Below, in pieces: positions 1-14,768 of a DNA stretch of 64,000 nt (its first letter is position 1; every line of letters starts with the position of its first letter). The stretch spans positions 1,860,001 to 1,924,000 of the forward strand of contig BQFW01000014.1 of NCBI GenBank assembly GCA_020891255.1, written 5' to 3'. Under the pieces are notes generated by a model. It ran no database searches, was not told where the DNA came from, and saw only the letters and a list, made by a program, of their open reading frames with translations. The DNA is from Entomortierella parvispora E1425. Taxonomy: Eukaryota; Fungi; Mortierellomycota. The position numbers were made by a program, and so were the translations under genes.

Positions 1-2496
1 TTTACTCACACCCTTGCCCCCCCCCCCTCCCCTACTGGGGCATGCATTGTTTGTTTGCAAACAACTTACAAACAACAACTCATAGTACCGATTCAAGGAA
101 AATGTGGGGAACGTGTCTGACGAACATGAAACGGTATCGCCATGTTTCCGTCCCACATGGTATCAAAACATGGTCAAAGCCATGGGAAGATCATGGTTGC
201 AGATGGTGTCCGCATACAAAACATGCGTCGGTTTGATTTTTATCTCACCCTCCCCCTCCCTCGCCGTCTACCATCGCTGCATACTTTTGGGACGGATCGG
301 CTCCCCGCATTCTACAAAGAGATGGGCAGGACACAATTAGGAGTGCCGATGTAAAAATAAGAGGCGAGAGTGTGGGGTTGGGAAGAGGAAAAATGCCTTG
401 TCAGCACAATTGGAGGCAAGCAAGGACCAGCCCTGCGCCTCCTCGATCCGAACAACGGTTCTGCCGTTTAATGATTGCCGTGATTTGTAAAAAAAAAAAA
501 AAAAGGAATCAGGGAGCAAGGAGAAATAAGAAGGCGTTTCCTTTTCAGCTCATTTCCGGGCCCATATAGCAGCGCCTCAAAGCCCAAATGGCCAGACCCT
601 TCCCACAATCTGATCAAGTGATCATCCCACCTTGTGGGTTTCGATCCGATCCCCCCTTCCAAGTTCGGGCCAGCATCGGGCCATCGGGCTTTCATTGGAG
701 ATATCACATTCTGCAAGCGAGAAGGAGGGAAAGAAAAAAAGAAAAAGGGGGGGAAAGGAAAGAAAGAACGAGAGCGAGCTCTTTTTTTCAATCTCGGAGT
801 GGGGTGAGGAGGCAGAAGGGCCTTGCATATCCTGCAAATCAGCCTCTCTTCGAATCGGGAAGAGCAAAATTGGGACCTCGCCCATCTTCTTGTACCACGG
901 GCAAAAGAGAAAAAAAAAAGAAAAAAAGAAATCACGGTCACCCTTCATGTGCAAAGTTGTTGACACGCGTTTTCAACGATCCGGGTTGGCCCAGAGAGTC
1001 GCAAGGAGGGAAAAGGGCAGTCAACAATATTGGTGTGCATTGAAGGACCATTGGCAGAAAAAGGAAAGTCATGTCCGAGAAGTGAAACTGTTAGAGCACA
1101 CCATGGCCAACAAGGTATGTCATCCTTTGCTACCCACTTGGGCTTTGACAGGTTGACAAGGAAAACAAACCCGATGGCAGATCGGACGAGCAATAGAAAA
1201 CAAAAGGGGCGCCGCCTACACCATTGGTCCAAAAATGTCGCTTTGCTCGATAACAAAGCAAGGGGATCTGATCGGGAGGAGAAAAAAGAGAAGGTCCGTG
1301 TTGGGCAAGATCTGGCCATGGGCAACGGCCTGTGCCTGCAGTTTGAGCCACTGTTTCCTCTCTTCTCTTTTTCTTTCCTTCCTTTTTGTTTCTTGTCGCT
1401 CATCTTTTCCCCTCCTTGTCCCTGACTTCTACCAGAGATTGCTTATCGTTTGTCGTTTATCGGGCAGACAGTACCTTTTTTGATTCATCCAGGTGCGCCT
1501 CAGTAACCTTCTTCACCAACCCCAACTGCAGGGACGGCTGCTGGTTGGCAGGCAAGAGCGTGTGCGTGAGAGTGTCTGTATGGTTTTTGACTTTTTGTTG
1601 ACAAGGCAGCAGCGACCGAGCTTGGCTTGCCCTCCGGGCGACCGAGGAGAGGAGAGGATGACATCAATTACATATCGGAACATCTTTTTTTGTCTAATTG
1701 CACACAGACGGAGGTGTCGGTGAGCCCAAGGCAGAAGGAAGGCAGAGAGGGTGTTTGCACTTGCACCATCACTTTGCACACAACACAAGGGAATCAGTGT
1801 TCAATTGAGTCGGTTTATTTAATTGAACAGTCATTCGATTCGAATAAAGTAAACCGGGAATGGGGCGATTGAATTGCCTGTGCAAATACATATGGCGCAC
1901 CCAAACTGAGAGGTCTCTCTCTCGTAATTGAATGCCCTCTGTATTTGATTTTGAATCCCATTTTTGGTTCTTAGTTCTTACTCCTTGCAATTCAATGGGG
2001 GTGTGTTGAACCATAAAGGCAGCCCGATGAAACCCCCCAGCGAAAGAAGCCAGACTGGCCTGAAGCATCGTTTGGGCAGGTTTCGCGTAATGAACAACCC
2101 TGGGCGAGCCAGCAGCGAGTCCACGGATGGTTGATTGGGTCAATGAGCTGCAATGCAGCCCTGTTCGATGCTTATTATTCTTTTCCCTCGCTACTCTATC
2201 AACCTCTCTCTCCTGGATCCTCATATATAATCGCGCCCTTTCCCCCATCAACTCAACTTTTTTTTTATCTTCTTCATTCACCTTCAACTTGAACTCGTCT
2301 TTCACATTTTCTCTTTGCGCTTGCTCCCCCTGACACCTCCTCATCGCATACACTCGTACCTTTGCACACACCCATCACTCACTCACTCGCTCAAACCAAC
2401 ATCTCCCTCACACACCTTCCTTGTTCCAGATTCTCGAGACATCTTCAGACATCTTTTCCCTTCCCAGCTTATTTGTTAGACCCCATTCATCCCAAT

Positions 2497-2670
2497 GTAA
2501 GTTGTTAGTGTGTGTGTCATGGACAGCATCGACTCGTTTCTTTCGTATTGAAGGAACCTGATCTGAGTCAAAAGAGCTTTATCAATGTACCTGCGAATGC
2601 AAGACAACTCACCAAAATGAGCTACTTTGTACGTCCCCCCCTTTGACTGCCCCTCCGTGATCTTCCTCAG
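2497..2670 (+). other. Probable 5'-UTR intron of the MedA-like gene
   Basis: GTAAGT donor at 2497, branch-like TTGAC near 2643, and a pyrimidine-rich CTCAG acceptor ending at 2670, with a single base separating it from the ATG at 2672. Confidence 0.55.
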
Positions 2671-2671
2671 C

Positions 2672-4862
2672 ATGGACATGTCCGCTATTCAAAGTAAGTT
2701 GCAAATCCTCAAAAATTCCTAGTTGCTTGGACCAATTGCTCTCATTTCTTCCTATCTCGGGGAGAGGGCCGTTGGCTTTGCCCAGCTCGTTAGCGCTTCC
2801 CTCCAACCGTCCACCCTCGAATTCTCCAACCTTCCAACCTTGCCACCCATCAACCCCTTCCACCTCCTTCCTCCCTTCCAAATCCCTGTTTGGTCAGGCA
2901 ACAAAGTTACAGGGAACCTAGACAATTAATCACCTTTCCTCCCCCCTCTCCTTTTCTTTTCTTTTCCTCCTTCTCCCTTCTCCTACTCTCCTTTGCCCTT
3001 CTGTCCAGACTTTGAACCAAGAAAGTTTGCATCAATGCCTGAACCACAGCCACAGCCACAGCAGCAGCAGCAACAACAACAACAACAATCAGCACAAAAC
3101 ACTATTCAAAACCAACAACCGATCCAAGTCCAGTCTCCTCAACAGATGCAACAACAAGTACAGCAACAACAGCAGCAACAACAACAGCAACAACAGTTGA
3201 CCAACTTCAAGAACTCCCAGCCCCCTCGTGTCCTCGAATACACTCCCCACTATGGCCCTGAAGGTCAAACTTTCACCGTCACCCTCCAAGCCAGCGCTGA
3301 CAAGCCCCTTCGCATTGGATTCGGTACCTTGGTCGTTGATACTAAGCAGTACGCCGCCAATGGTTACGTGACACTCAGCTGCACGGTGCCCAACTTTGCC
3401 ATCACAAAATGGTTTGTGAACAAGGTCCCCCTCTATGTCCTCCAGATGGAGAATGACATGGTGATGGAGAGCTGGCCTTTTGGCGATTACAGCTACTATG
3501 AAGATACCCAGAGCGAAGGTCTCAACAACGGCAATGCCGGTAACAACACTGTTATCGGTGCCAAGAGATCCAGCAGCGATAGCAATGGCAACAAGATGAG
3601 CTTGTATGGCCAGTCTCTTCATCAAACCCCTCTCTCCAACAAGAAGCAGCACTTGGTCACAAACTTGGATCTGTCCCATACTGCCTTGGCCACCCATCAC
3701 AGCCATCCCCAGCAGCAAGTCTCTCCTATTCCTTCTACCACATCCACTGGCTTGCATGGTATGCCTCCTCGTCGTAAGTTACTCCCCCTTATCACCAAAA
3801 AGCTCTTTACAGATGCTAAATTGTTGATGCTAAATTGTTGATCCGTCAAGATTCATGATGACCTGGTGCTAACAACCCTTGCTCTTAATTCACCTTACCC
3901 GCGTAGACGACGATTACTCCGGCATGGCCACGCCTACCAGTGCCACCACGGCCTATGATGGAGGCTTGTACTCTCAGCCCCCTTCGCCCTACACGCCCCG
4001 CACGCCCCTTAGTGCTTCCTACGCTCGCTCTGGCTACTACAACGGTCAAATGATCGCTCCCCACATGTCATCGTACTCGCAGTCGGATCTCCCTGCTACT
4101 TCCCCCTACGGCATGTCCCCTGCCCATGGCAACGGTTACCTTCACGGTCACCATCAGCAGCCCGTGACCCCTACCTCGTACATGGCCCAGGCCCACCCTA
4201 ACGCCAACATGAGCCCCAACTTGCCCATTGGCAACTACAACCCCTACACCAGTCTCTTGAACAAGGCCAACCTCAAGTTCACGGGCAACATGGACGATAT
4301 GGCCATCAACTGGAGTGGAGAGGAGTGGGAGTCCCACCGCCGCTTGGTCCAGTTCTGGAGAAGACAAGAAGGCAATGACATCCATTGTAACTTTGCTCCC
4401 TTGGCACCTGCGGATCGTCAGCCCAACAGCATCGTGGTCTCTTGCATTTACTGGGCCGAGAAGAACGATTGCTTCCTGACGTCGGTCGATTGCATCTACT
4501 TGCTCGAGTCCTTGATCGCTGTCCGATTCACGGTCGAGGAAAAGAACCGTATCCGCCGTAACCTCGAGGGATTCCGTCCCATCACGGTCTCCAAGTGCAA
4601 GCCCGAGTCGGCCGAGTTCTTCAAGTTGATCATGTCCTTCCCCAACCCCAAGCCCCGCAACATTGAAAAGGATGTCAAGGTCTTCCCCTGGAAGGTCCTG
4701 GCCTACGCTCTCAAGAAGATCATCAGCAAGTACACGGCCTCCTACAGCAGCACGGCCTCTATCCAGACGGACGCGTTCCACAACGCCAACTTCCCTCATG
4801 GTTCGACCTTGCCTATCACCCCTCAACAACAAAGCATCTTGGAGTCTAGTATCATTGTATGA
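2672..4862 (+). CDS. MedA/Medusa-like developmental transcription regulator (polyQ N-terminus, IPT/TIG-like segment, C-terminal DUF7082-type domain); 3 coding exons
   Basis: Exons 2672-2693, 3009-3773 (alternative donor at 3759) and 3907-4862 join in frame through phase-1 GT-AG introns. The C-terminal block RRLVQFWR...SCIYW...TSVDCIYLLESL...FTVEEKNRIRRNLEGFRPITVSK...PKPRNIEKDVKVFPW is the MedA-family signature. Confidence 0.8.
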
Positions 4863-6146
4863 TAGTAGTTGCCGATCTTTTTCTTCTGTTCTTCATTTTC
4901 CTCATTGTAGTCTAGTTTCTTTTTCTTTGAATCAATCATGTACATTATCTCATCAACTCAAATACAGCTGCTGTTTTCAAAACAAACAAACAAAAAAAAA
5001 AAAACAATCCAGTCTCTTGTATGACCGTTGTTGAAACGGCACCAACTCTTTGGAAATGAGCGATCTTCAATTTTGTGTCACCCGAACGCGTTTCCCTCTC
5101 TTACATATAAAATCAGTCTGGAACGGGGATCCAGGGGGTGTCTCCTTTTGAAAAGAAACTGTCGAGACAATTTCAAGATTCATTCAGGAGTAGATCGATA
5201 GAGAGAACATGTTCATTTACAAAAGAACAAATGGGAATGATCCAAGAGATGTTGGATCGATAGTGTGACCACCCATTAGGCAGCGTCTGGACCGTCTCTT
5301 TGAGCTAGAGAAGGAACTGAAGGAAGCAAAAACTCGCCAGGGAGATGATGGGCATGGGGATACTTGCAATGAGCATGTATGGGACATGAAAGAAATTTGG
5401 CTGAGGTCCGTCCTAGCGACGCGTCCCTGCCTCCAGGGCAGCCAATGAATAAGCTTATTGTCAACGGGCGGGTGCACGGTTGTCCCATTTGTGCATGCAC
5501 CGAGGAAAATGACTTGTGCAACCTAGATGGATTGGCAGGGGTTTCTATTCCTCCATTCTTTCACTCCTGTTCAATGTTCACACACTCTCCAGCCGAGACG
5601 ACCATCCAATCGATCTATGAAGGATACTCTGTGGGTTTTTGAAAGCAGCCGAGAAAGGAAACACGAAAGCTCGGTGCGACATTGGCCAGATGTATCACAA
5701 GGCTAGTGACCGCCAAGGATACGCAAGGGCACAATGCTTTATAGGTGTATTATACCACAATGGAGTGTGTTCCTCAGGATTACCATAAATCTATGGAATG
5801 GAACACGAAGGCAGATAAATGTTGGCCAGCGCCCAGCACAACATATGCATGACGTATTTGGCTTGATGTACCAGGATGACAAGGGGTGGACACCAGAAAG
5901 TTATGTTATAGTATCCGAAGACTGCCGATCTGCAGTTGCCTAGTTCAACATAGGGGGGGCCCCAGGCAGTCGAGTGGCATCGGAGAGCACTCAAAAATTA
6001 TCCCCGTTGACCGCGCAATAATTTTTACGGTGACGTAATAATAGCGCTGGATGTGTGGGCGCAGTACAGGTATACGAATGCTTCGCATGCGTGTGTTTCG
6101 ACTTCTCTTCTTCAAACGCCATACCCAGAACTCATCCTTATACAAC

Positions 6147-6711
6147 ATGTCCAGCTCAAAGCCAACAGAACAACAAAAGCCAGAGGCCAATGTGCCACAG
6201 CTCAATGGACTCGAGGAAGACGATGAGTTTGAGGAGTTTGCCGCTCAAGGTAAATGGCGAAACAGGAGACTCATCAACTGTCCCTTGCGCGAGGCGAGAC
6301 ACGTCGCTGCAATACCCTGGCAGCACCTGGAGATCACGATCATATCCCGCAACTACACAGCACGAAGATCTTGTTGACAGCCCTTACTGCCCACCTCTCG
6401 TTAGCGGCGTGTTTTCTTGATTTTGCTTTTCGATAGAGGTTAACACTTTTTTTTGGTTCTTCGTGGTCATAGATTGGAACGAGGCTGAAGAGGAGAAAGA
6501 CGCACATCAATGGGACGATAACTGGGATGATGACGATGTCGAGGATGACTTTTCACAGCAGTTGAGGTACAAACAGGGCGTCCAAGAGTTATCCACCCTT
6601 GATCGGCTTTTTGCTCTACCGTAAGCTAATTTTCTCACGTCTTTTTTTTTTATTCTTCTTGAACGTTCTAGGGCCGAACTTCAAAAGTCAGCCACAGCTA
6701 TGCAGACGTGA
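6147..6711 (+). CDS. SEM1: 26S proteasome lid subunit Sem1/DSS1
   Basis: Exons 6147-6249, 6473-6566 and 6672-6711 give [15 protein letters not shown]...[22 protein letters not shown], the DSS1/SEM1 signature. The ORF track does not recover this gene intact. Confidence 0.95.
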
Positions 6712-7681
6712 GCAGGATTATGAAAAAAAGGATGCAATCAACCTTGGACAGCCTTTAGCAACTTCTTTATCGTACATAAGCCGGATTAAAAAAAAAAACA
6801 AGGAAGTTTCTTCAGCAAAGGCGAGCTTTTTCATTCTTGCATACCTCTTGACGCATGGGGAGTGTTCAGGGGCGTTGCACTTATGGCCAGGAATGGTGTA
6901 GGGCAATGATCAGCTGTCATCAAGACACCACCAATAGTTCTCTTGGGGTTTTCTTGCCAGGGGACAGTTCGGATTTCTGTAAAGTCATCTTGTTGGGTTG
7001 TCTAGAGGTAGAGGAAGGCAGACACGGTGTTTTGGAGCTGGATATTGTTCACAAACGATGAATGCCTCAACATCCGCCCACATCTTGTGCTCGTATATTT
7101 TTCCAATGTCCCCGGATGTCTTGAGGTCAGGAATCTTTCTCAAGATGCTTGTTGTTTGAGGTGGACAAGAAATCACTTTTTTTTATTCTATTTTTTATTC
7201 TTATTCTTTGAGCTGAACAACTCTGAAGCTCTGTACACTGTGTTCGAAGGAGGCCTAGGTTACTTGTATTTTTTTTACATATGGAGAAAAAGGAAGGAGC
7301 AAGTTTACTATACTGTTTATCCAGAGTATAACGATGGCCCATTGCCCTCCACCCCACAGCACCCCGGGCCGACCCATTTCTGCTTAAAAGCCAGGCCCGG
7401 CAATACAAAGTGAATACAAAGACAGCCTTGATGACCTTTGTATCCCTGCAATTGCGTCAACTTGGTAACCAGCAGATGGCTGTTGATAGCCCCCTCCTTC
7501 GTGTTAGTAGGCCAAGGCCCGCTTGGTAGATCTTTTGTCTTCTATAATTGTCGTTGATCCTGACATTAACCTGTCTCCTTTCTTCGAGTCCAACAGAATC
7601 ACTTTCTTGATTCTTTGAGTTGATTAGCCCTTCTTTCGCTTTTGTGTTACTTGATTCTTGCTGGAAAGCAGGAAAAAAAGC

Positions 7682-7766
7682 AGATTTCTAGAGAGAATCA
7701 AAAAGTGATTCTCTTGGGCAGAAGATTTCTAGAGAGAATCAAAAAGTGATTCTCTTGGGCAGAAGA
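7682..7766. repeat. Perfect 41-bp tandem duplication; each unit contains a 9-bp hairpin
   Basis: AGATTTCTAGAGAGAATCAAAAAGTGATTCTCTTGGGCAGA occurs at 7682-7722 and 7723-7763. Each copy has AGAGAATCA-AAAAG-TGATTCTCT. Confidence 0.95.
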
Positions 7767-8456
7767 ACTTGGCGGCGCTGAAAAGCAGTCTAATGATGGA
7801 AGCTAGTTTGATCATTAATGCATCCAACGTAAAGACCATCCGGCTGGATGATATCGGCAGGTTGAAGGATACAGTTTCGGTAACCCAAATCCCCCAGCAA
7901 AAGAGTTGACAATCATCATGAGGAATATTATAAAGCTGATTGAGCATGCGCGATTGTCTACTAAAGATCATACCTTTGGTCAGCTCAGCAAGAATATGGA
8001 CTGTGTCTTTTCCCAGGACGTCATGGAGGGCTTTGGAGAGCACTGTGCATCCCAGGAGAGTATGTTTGTTTTTAGCTTTGTCTGCTTCGATGTCTTCCCA
8101 GCGCTTCACGTTCCGGAGGGAGTAAATTCCTCGTCGCTCTGCAAGATGGTATCCTTGATTGCGTTCACGCTCCTCTCGGCAGCATTGTAATATGGACAGC
8201 CTGTGGTAGCTCTTCCCCGCTGGTGAGCAGATTGAAAGGGAGAAAAGTGTGTGTGTGTGTGGGAGACGCGTTGCTGTGCCCAAAATCAAGCACGTGCAGG
8301 CCACACCTGGATATTGGGTGGCTTAGCAAAGTAAACAACCTCTTTTTTTCTTTTTTTTGGGCATCCTCCCTCACCACTGCATTCATTGGACGCTCTCCTC
8401 TTCCATCCATCCATCCCCCCTTTATCATCACCCTCCCCCTTCCACATTTCACATTA

Positions 8457-10627
8457 ATGGCTGTCTCCAAGCGTAAATCCACCAGCATCACTGCCGAGGC
8501 TCCCGCCAAAAAGGTCAAGGCCCCCAAGGGCGAGGCCAAGGCTGCCCCTGCTGCTCCCAAGAAGACCCTCTTTGGCAAGGTTCTTGGTGAGGAGGAGGAG
8601 GCCCAGGACGACGACGAGGACGAGGGAGAGCTCGAGGCTGAGCCTATCCGTGATGACGATGAGCAGAGTAGCATGGATGTCGATACCAATGCCAGCGCAG
8701 ACCAGACCCCCCAGAGACCCAAGATTCGTACGTCTGACCTTATGCTGTATTTTGTCGATCCACAGCTCTGACTTTATGAGTTTTGTGCCTGCATACTAAC
8801 CATATTATACGTGCTATTCCTTCCGATTCCCCTCTTTTCCCAACCTCGCAACAACCCACTTTTGCAACGAAAACAACAACAGCCACCAAGGAGCAGAACG
8901 CACAAAAGAAGGCTCTTCGTGACGAGCGTCGCTCGCACAAGCCCAACGCAGAGTTGATCTACCCAGCAAAGAAGATCTGGGAGAAGCTTCGTCTCAAGGA
9001 GTTGCCCAAGGCCGAGCGTCAGCAGGTCATGAAGGAGATGATGGATTTGATCACAGGAAAGGTTCAGGAGTTGATTTTCAAGCACGACATGTCCCGTATT
9101 ATCCAGTCTTGCCTCAAGCACGGTAACGAGGCGCAGCGCAACGTTATCGCCGGAGAGTTGGTCGGTCATTACTTGACCTTGTCCAAGTCGATGTATGGAC
9201 GTTTCATTGTGGTCAAGATTCTTCACTACTGCCAAAAGTACCGTGAGGCCATCATCAAGGAGTTTTATGGCAAGGTCCGTCAGCTGATCAAGCACAAGGA
9301 GGCGTCAGAGATCATTGAGGATGCATACTCGACCTATGCCAACTCTGCCCAGAAGGCTGCTTTGATCCAGGAGTTTTATGGACCCGAGTTCCGTCTTTTC
9401 AAGGTTGAGGATAAGAAGACCTTGGCCGAGATTCTGGAGCAGAACCCCACAAAGAAGGACAACATCATGAAGCACTTGTTGGAGACTTTGACCGGATGCA
9501 TGGAGAAGGGCACTGTTGGATTCAGCATTGTTCACCGTGGATTGCTCGAGTACTTTGAGCATGCCGATGCCAAGGGTATCCAGGTATGTTTTTGTGTGTT
9601 GATATAGAGGAGGATGTTCTTTTTTATGTAGCCTGGGATGTTGGTTTCTAACAGGAAATATTATAACTTGGGGTCCTATTAGGCAATGTTGGATGTCATG
9701 AAGGAGCAGGCTGTCGAGATTTTGCACACAAAGGAGGGCGCTCAAGTGGCTATGCTCTGCTTGTTGCACGCATCGCCCAAGGATCGTAAGGCCATGTTGA
9801 AGACCATGAAGCCCTTCGTGGTCAAGATCTGCAAGGAGGAATATGGTCATATGGTCATGTTGAGAATGTTTGACGTCGTGGACGATACCGTGTTGATGAG
9901 CAAGGCTATTTTGGCAGAGATTATCAAGGAGATGGAGGACATTGCTAAGGACAAGTTTGGTCGTCGTGTGATCCTGTACTTGCTCGCTGGACGGTCACCA
10001 AAGTACATCTCTCCCCAGAGCATTGATTTGTTGGCCAAGGGCGATATTGTCCGTGCCAACACCAGTAAGAAGGATGCCGCCGTTCGTGCCGCCGAGTTGC
10101 TCGGTTATATCTCCCCTGCCTTGATCTCTTTGATTGCCACCAAGACCCGTCAGTTGACCAGCGAGCCATTGGCTTGCCAGGTTGTTCTCGAGACCATGTT
10201 GCATGCTGCAGGTGACAGGACTCCTGCCATGCAGGCTCTGATTGATTTGGCTGCTGCCAACCCTGCCGAGGCCACCTCAGACGAGCCCCACCCATTGTTG
10301 AAGATGCCCACGGATCGACTTTACAAGACTTTGGTCCAGTCGGATTACAAGGCCCCTCTTGCCGAGCCCAGTTTACACTTTGGCAAGGCGTTGTTGCAAA
10401 AGATTTCGCCCTTCATTGGATTCTACATCAACCACGGATCAAGTGCTTTTATTTTCTTGGCCTTGTTGGAGAACCCCGAGACTGCTGCGGAGACCAAGAA
10501 GTTGTTGACATCCAAGACCCCCGGATCATCAATAACCGTCCAGAAGGAGATGGAGAAGTTGATCAAGGGCAAGGGTGAGAAGGAGCACCAGGCCGTGCGT
10601 CTGATTTTGGAGGTACTCTCCAAGTAG
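8457..10627 (+). CDS. PUF6: Nucleolar Pumilio-repeat protein Puf6/PUM3
   Basis: K/E-rich N-terminus. Puf repeats (FKHDMSRIIQSCLKHG, LSKSMYGRFIVVKILHY, EILHTKEGAQVA) and a CPL-type region (EEYGHMVMLRMFDVVDDTVL...DKFGRRVILYLL). Introns at about 8728-8882 and 9583-9681. Confidence 0.9.
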
Positions 10628-10959
10628 GAAAACAAATCAACATTGGCGCTCTTTTCTGCACGAGCGCACCCTATATCTTATCTCTAGCATAGCATGTACA
10701 AGCATCTTTTCACTCTTTCAACCCATTAAAAACAATTGAACCCAAGCACGCACCCAACCAGTTGACCATTGTCCCCCCCACGAAACGCACGTGCCACAGT
10801 CCTGCGGAATGGATTGAAATTTGAGATGGTCCATTTTTTGTTGTTTTGTTCCTTCTACTTCCCCACCTCTTTCCCAATTGCACAGCAGCCTCTTTCACCA
10901 CTTGTGGATGATAGTGGCCCATAGGACAATTCTCTCCCCTTGCACGACTGCATGTCTTG

Positions 10960-12734
10960 ATGACGCTTTCTCTCTCTTATCTCAGGCCGGCCCTGATCGT
11001 GGTTTCCCTTCTAACAGCCCTGGGATTCATTCAGTTTACCCTCTACAACTTTGGTAATAGAATGTCACCATCAGAGTGGATGGGCCGCCTTTTTGTTGTC
11101 GTTTTTAGTCTTTTAATCACCCTCTTTCTTTTCTCTCGAACTTAGACAATGCAACATACAACCCCAGCATTCCATGGGGCAGACTGGGCAGCGGCGCAAA
11201 GGAAAAGAGACCCAATTTATTGCATCCACCTCCACGACTCCGAACCCCTCTCACGATCGTGACCGCCGCCAGTGAGAACCATCTCTGTGCTTTGGAAGCG
11301 TTCCTGTACGATATCGACCGGGTCTATGCGCAGATGGGATTCGATCGAAAGCAGGCCTTGGCATCCTCACTCGAGTCGAAACAAGGCGACGGCGTCGACG
11401 ACGACGACGGAGCCGGATCGGGATTGGAATCCAAGGCGAGAGGCAGGTCAAGGAGGATGAGAATCAAGAGTTTGAAACGACTGGAAGAAAGAATCCGGAA
11501 CGGACAGAGGTATATCGAGTCCAGTGCCGATTTGGCGTTTCTTCGGCAACACACAAAGTCGGATCGTCACCGCCCCAACCAGGGGAAAGGAAGCGGGAGG
11601 AAGCGCGTGCACTCAAAGGAGGACGGGGCTGAGGCGAGGATCCAAAAACGTCAGGACGAAGAGGAGGACGAGCAGGAGGAGCGCGATGCTGATGACGAAG
11701 ACGAGGATGACGCCGAGGACGAAGGCGCTCTGGACCAGGATGTGGAACTGAATGACGATGATGGTGAGGACGAGGTCTGGCCAAGGCTGATTGTTTACAA
11801 CATGGGCATGGGTATCAAATTACGAAAACTTCGTCGCTTCCAGGCCCTCATCCAGGCCGGTTACATTGACGAGCTCTATGACTTTGACTTTGACAAGCAC
11901 CCAGACTTTTGGCGGCTCGGGACCGCGACCCGTGGACAGTATGGATGGAAGGCCGGGATCCAAGAGGAGGTCAGTCAAAGGATGTTAGCCCAGGACCAAA
12001 ACAAAGTTCAAGCCAAGATCGACCATATGCCTGCTAGCGCAAATGCCAGACTAGGCAAGAGCAAAGTCCTCCCTCTGGATCTCGCCAAAAACAGCAGCTC
12101 GGGTCCAGAAGACCTCTTTTCTTCTTCCAGCCATCCCCAAACCAGAGACGCTCCTCAGGAACAACAGGCATCAAAACAGCACCAACCACAGATCTTGCTG
12201 TGGCTCGATTCTGGGGATCGCATTTCATTGCCCATGTTACGGTGGCTCCCTACGTCCTTCTCACTTCGCCAGTTGGGCGTTTGGTCCCCTCAGTCCCCGG
12301 ACACACTTCATAAATGGACCCATCCAGGCTTGGCAGAATACTTTGATGACTCTCTGGACAAGTTTGAACCGGACGAGACCAACTGCAATGGAGCCGTGAT
12401 CGCCTGGGATCTCAACCACAGGGGCGTCCGTAGCATCAACTACCATCGCGACCAGACATTATCCGGCAACAATCTCTTTCTGGACTGGATCGCTTGCGCA
12501 AAAGACGAGGCGTGTATTGCTCCCCAAGGCTCCTCTCGCTCGAACCATCGGCAGGATCAGGCCGCCTTGACGTATCTGATCAAGAAGCAGTTCAATATCA
12601 CGACGACTCCAGTTCATGAGAGCCAGGACCGTATTTGCTTTGGCTTGCCCGATCAGTTTGGAATGCTTGCGAATCAAGATAAATATTGCAAGGAGAGTAT
12701 TGAAAGAGACCCCAGTCATATCATATCAGATTAA
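10960..12734 (+). CDS. Type II membrane DUF1647-like (glycosyltransferase-like) protein
   Basis: Exon 10960-11053 encodes a hydrophobic anchor (ALIVVSLLTALGFIQFTLY). A phase-1 intron (11054-11145) joins it to ORF 11220-12734. Motifs LIVYNMG, YGWKAGI, LLWLDSGD, NCNG, CIAPQGSSRSNHRQDQAAL resemble DUF1647. Confidence 0.65.
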
Positions 12735-12871
12735 AAAGTATGTGTTTGTGTTATGTACAATGCTAGAGGTTTATTTTTTCCTTTTTCCCTGGGAATGGGG
12801 TTAAAAAATCATAGACGGGGGATGTGAGCGGGGGAGAATGGTGTCCAAGCTCACAGTTTGGAGGGTCCAAT

Positions 12872-14768
<1,897 letters not shown>

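Noticed and set aside
337-2371. Many overlapping 60-200-aa ORFs upstream of the MedA-like gene
   Set aside because: They are dominated by K/R/F runs from poly(A/G) and poly(T/C) tracts and show no motifs. This is most likely a regulatory or UTR region.
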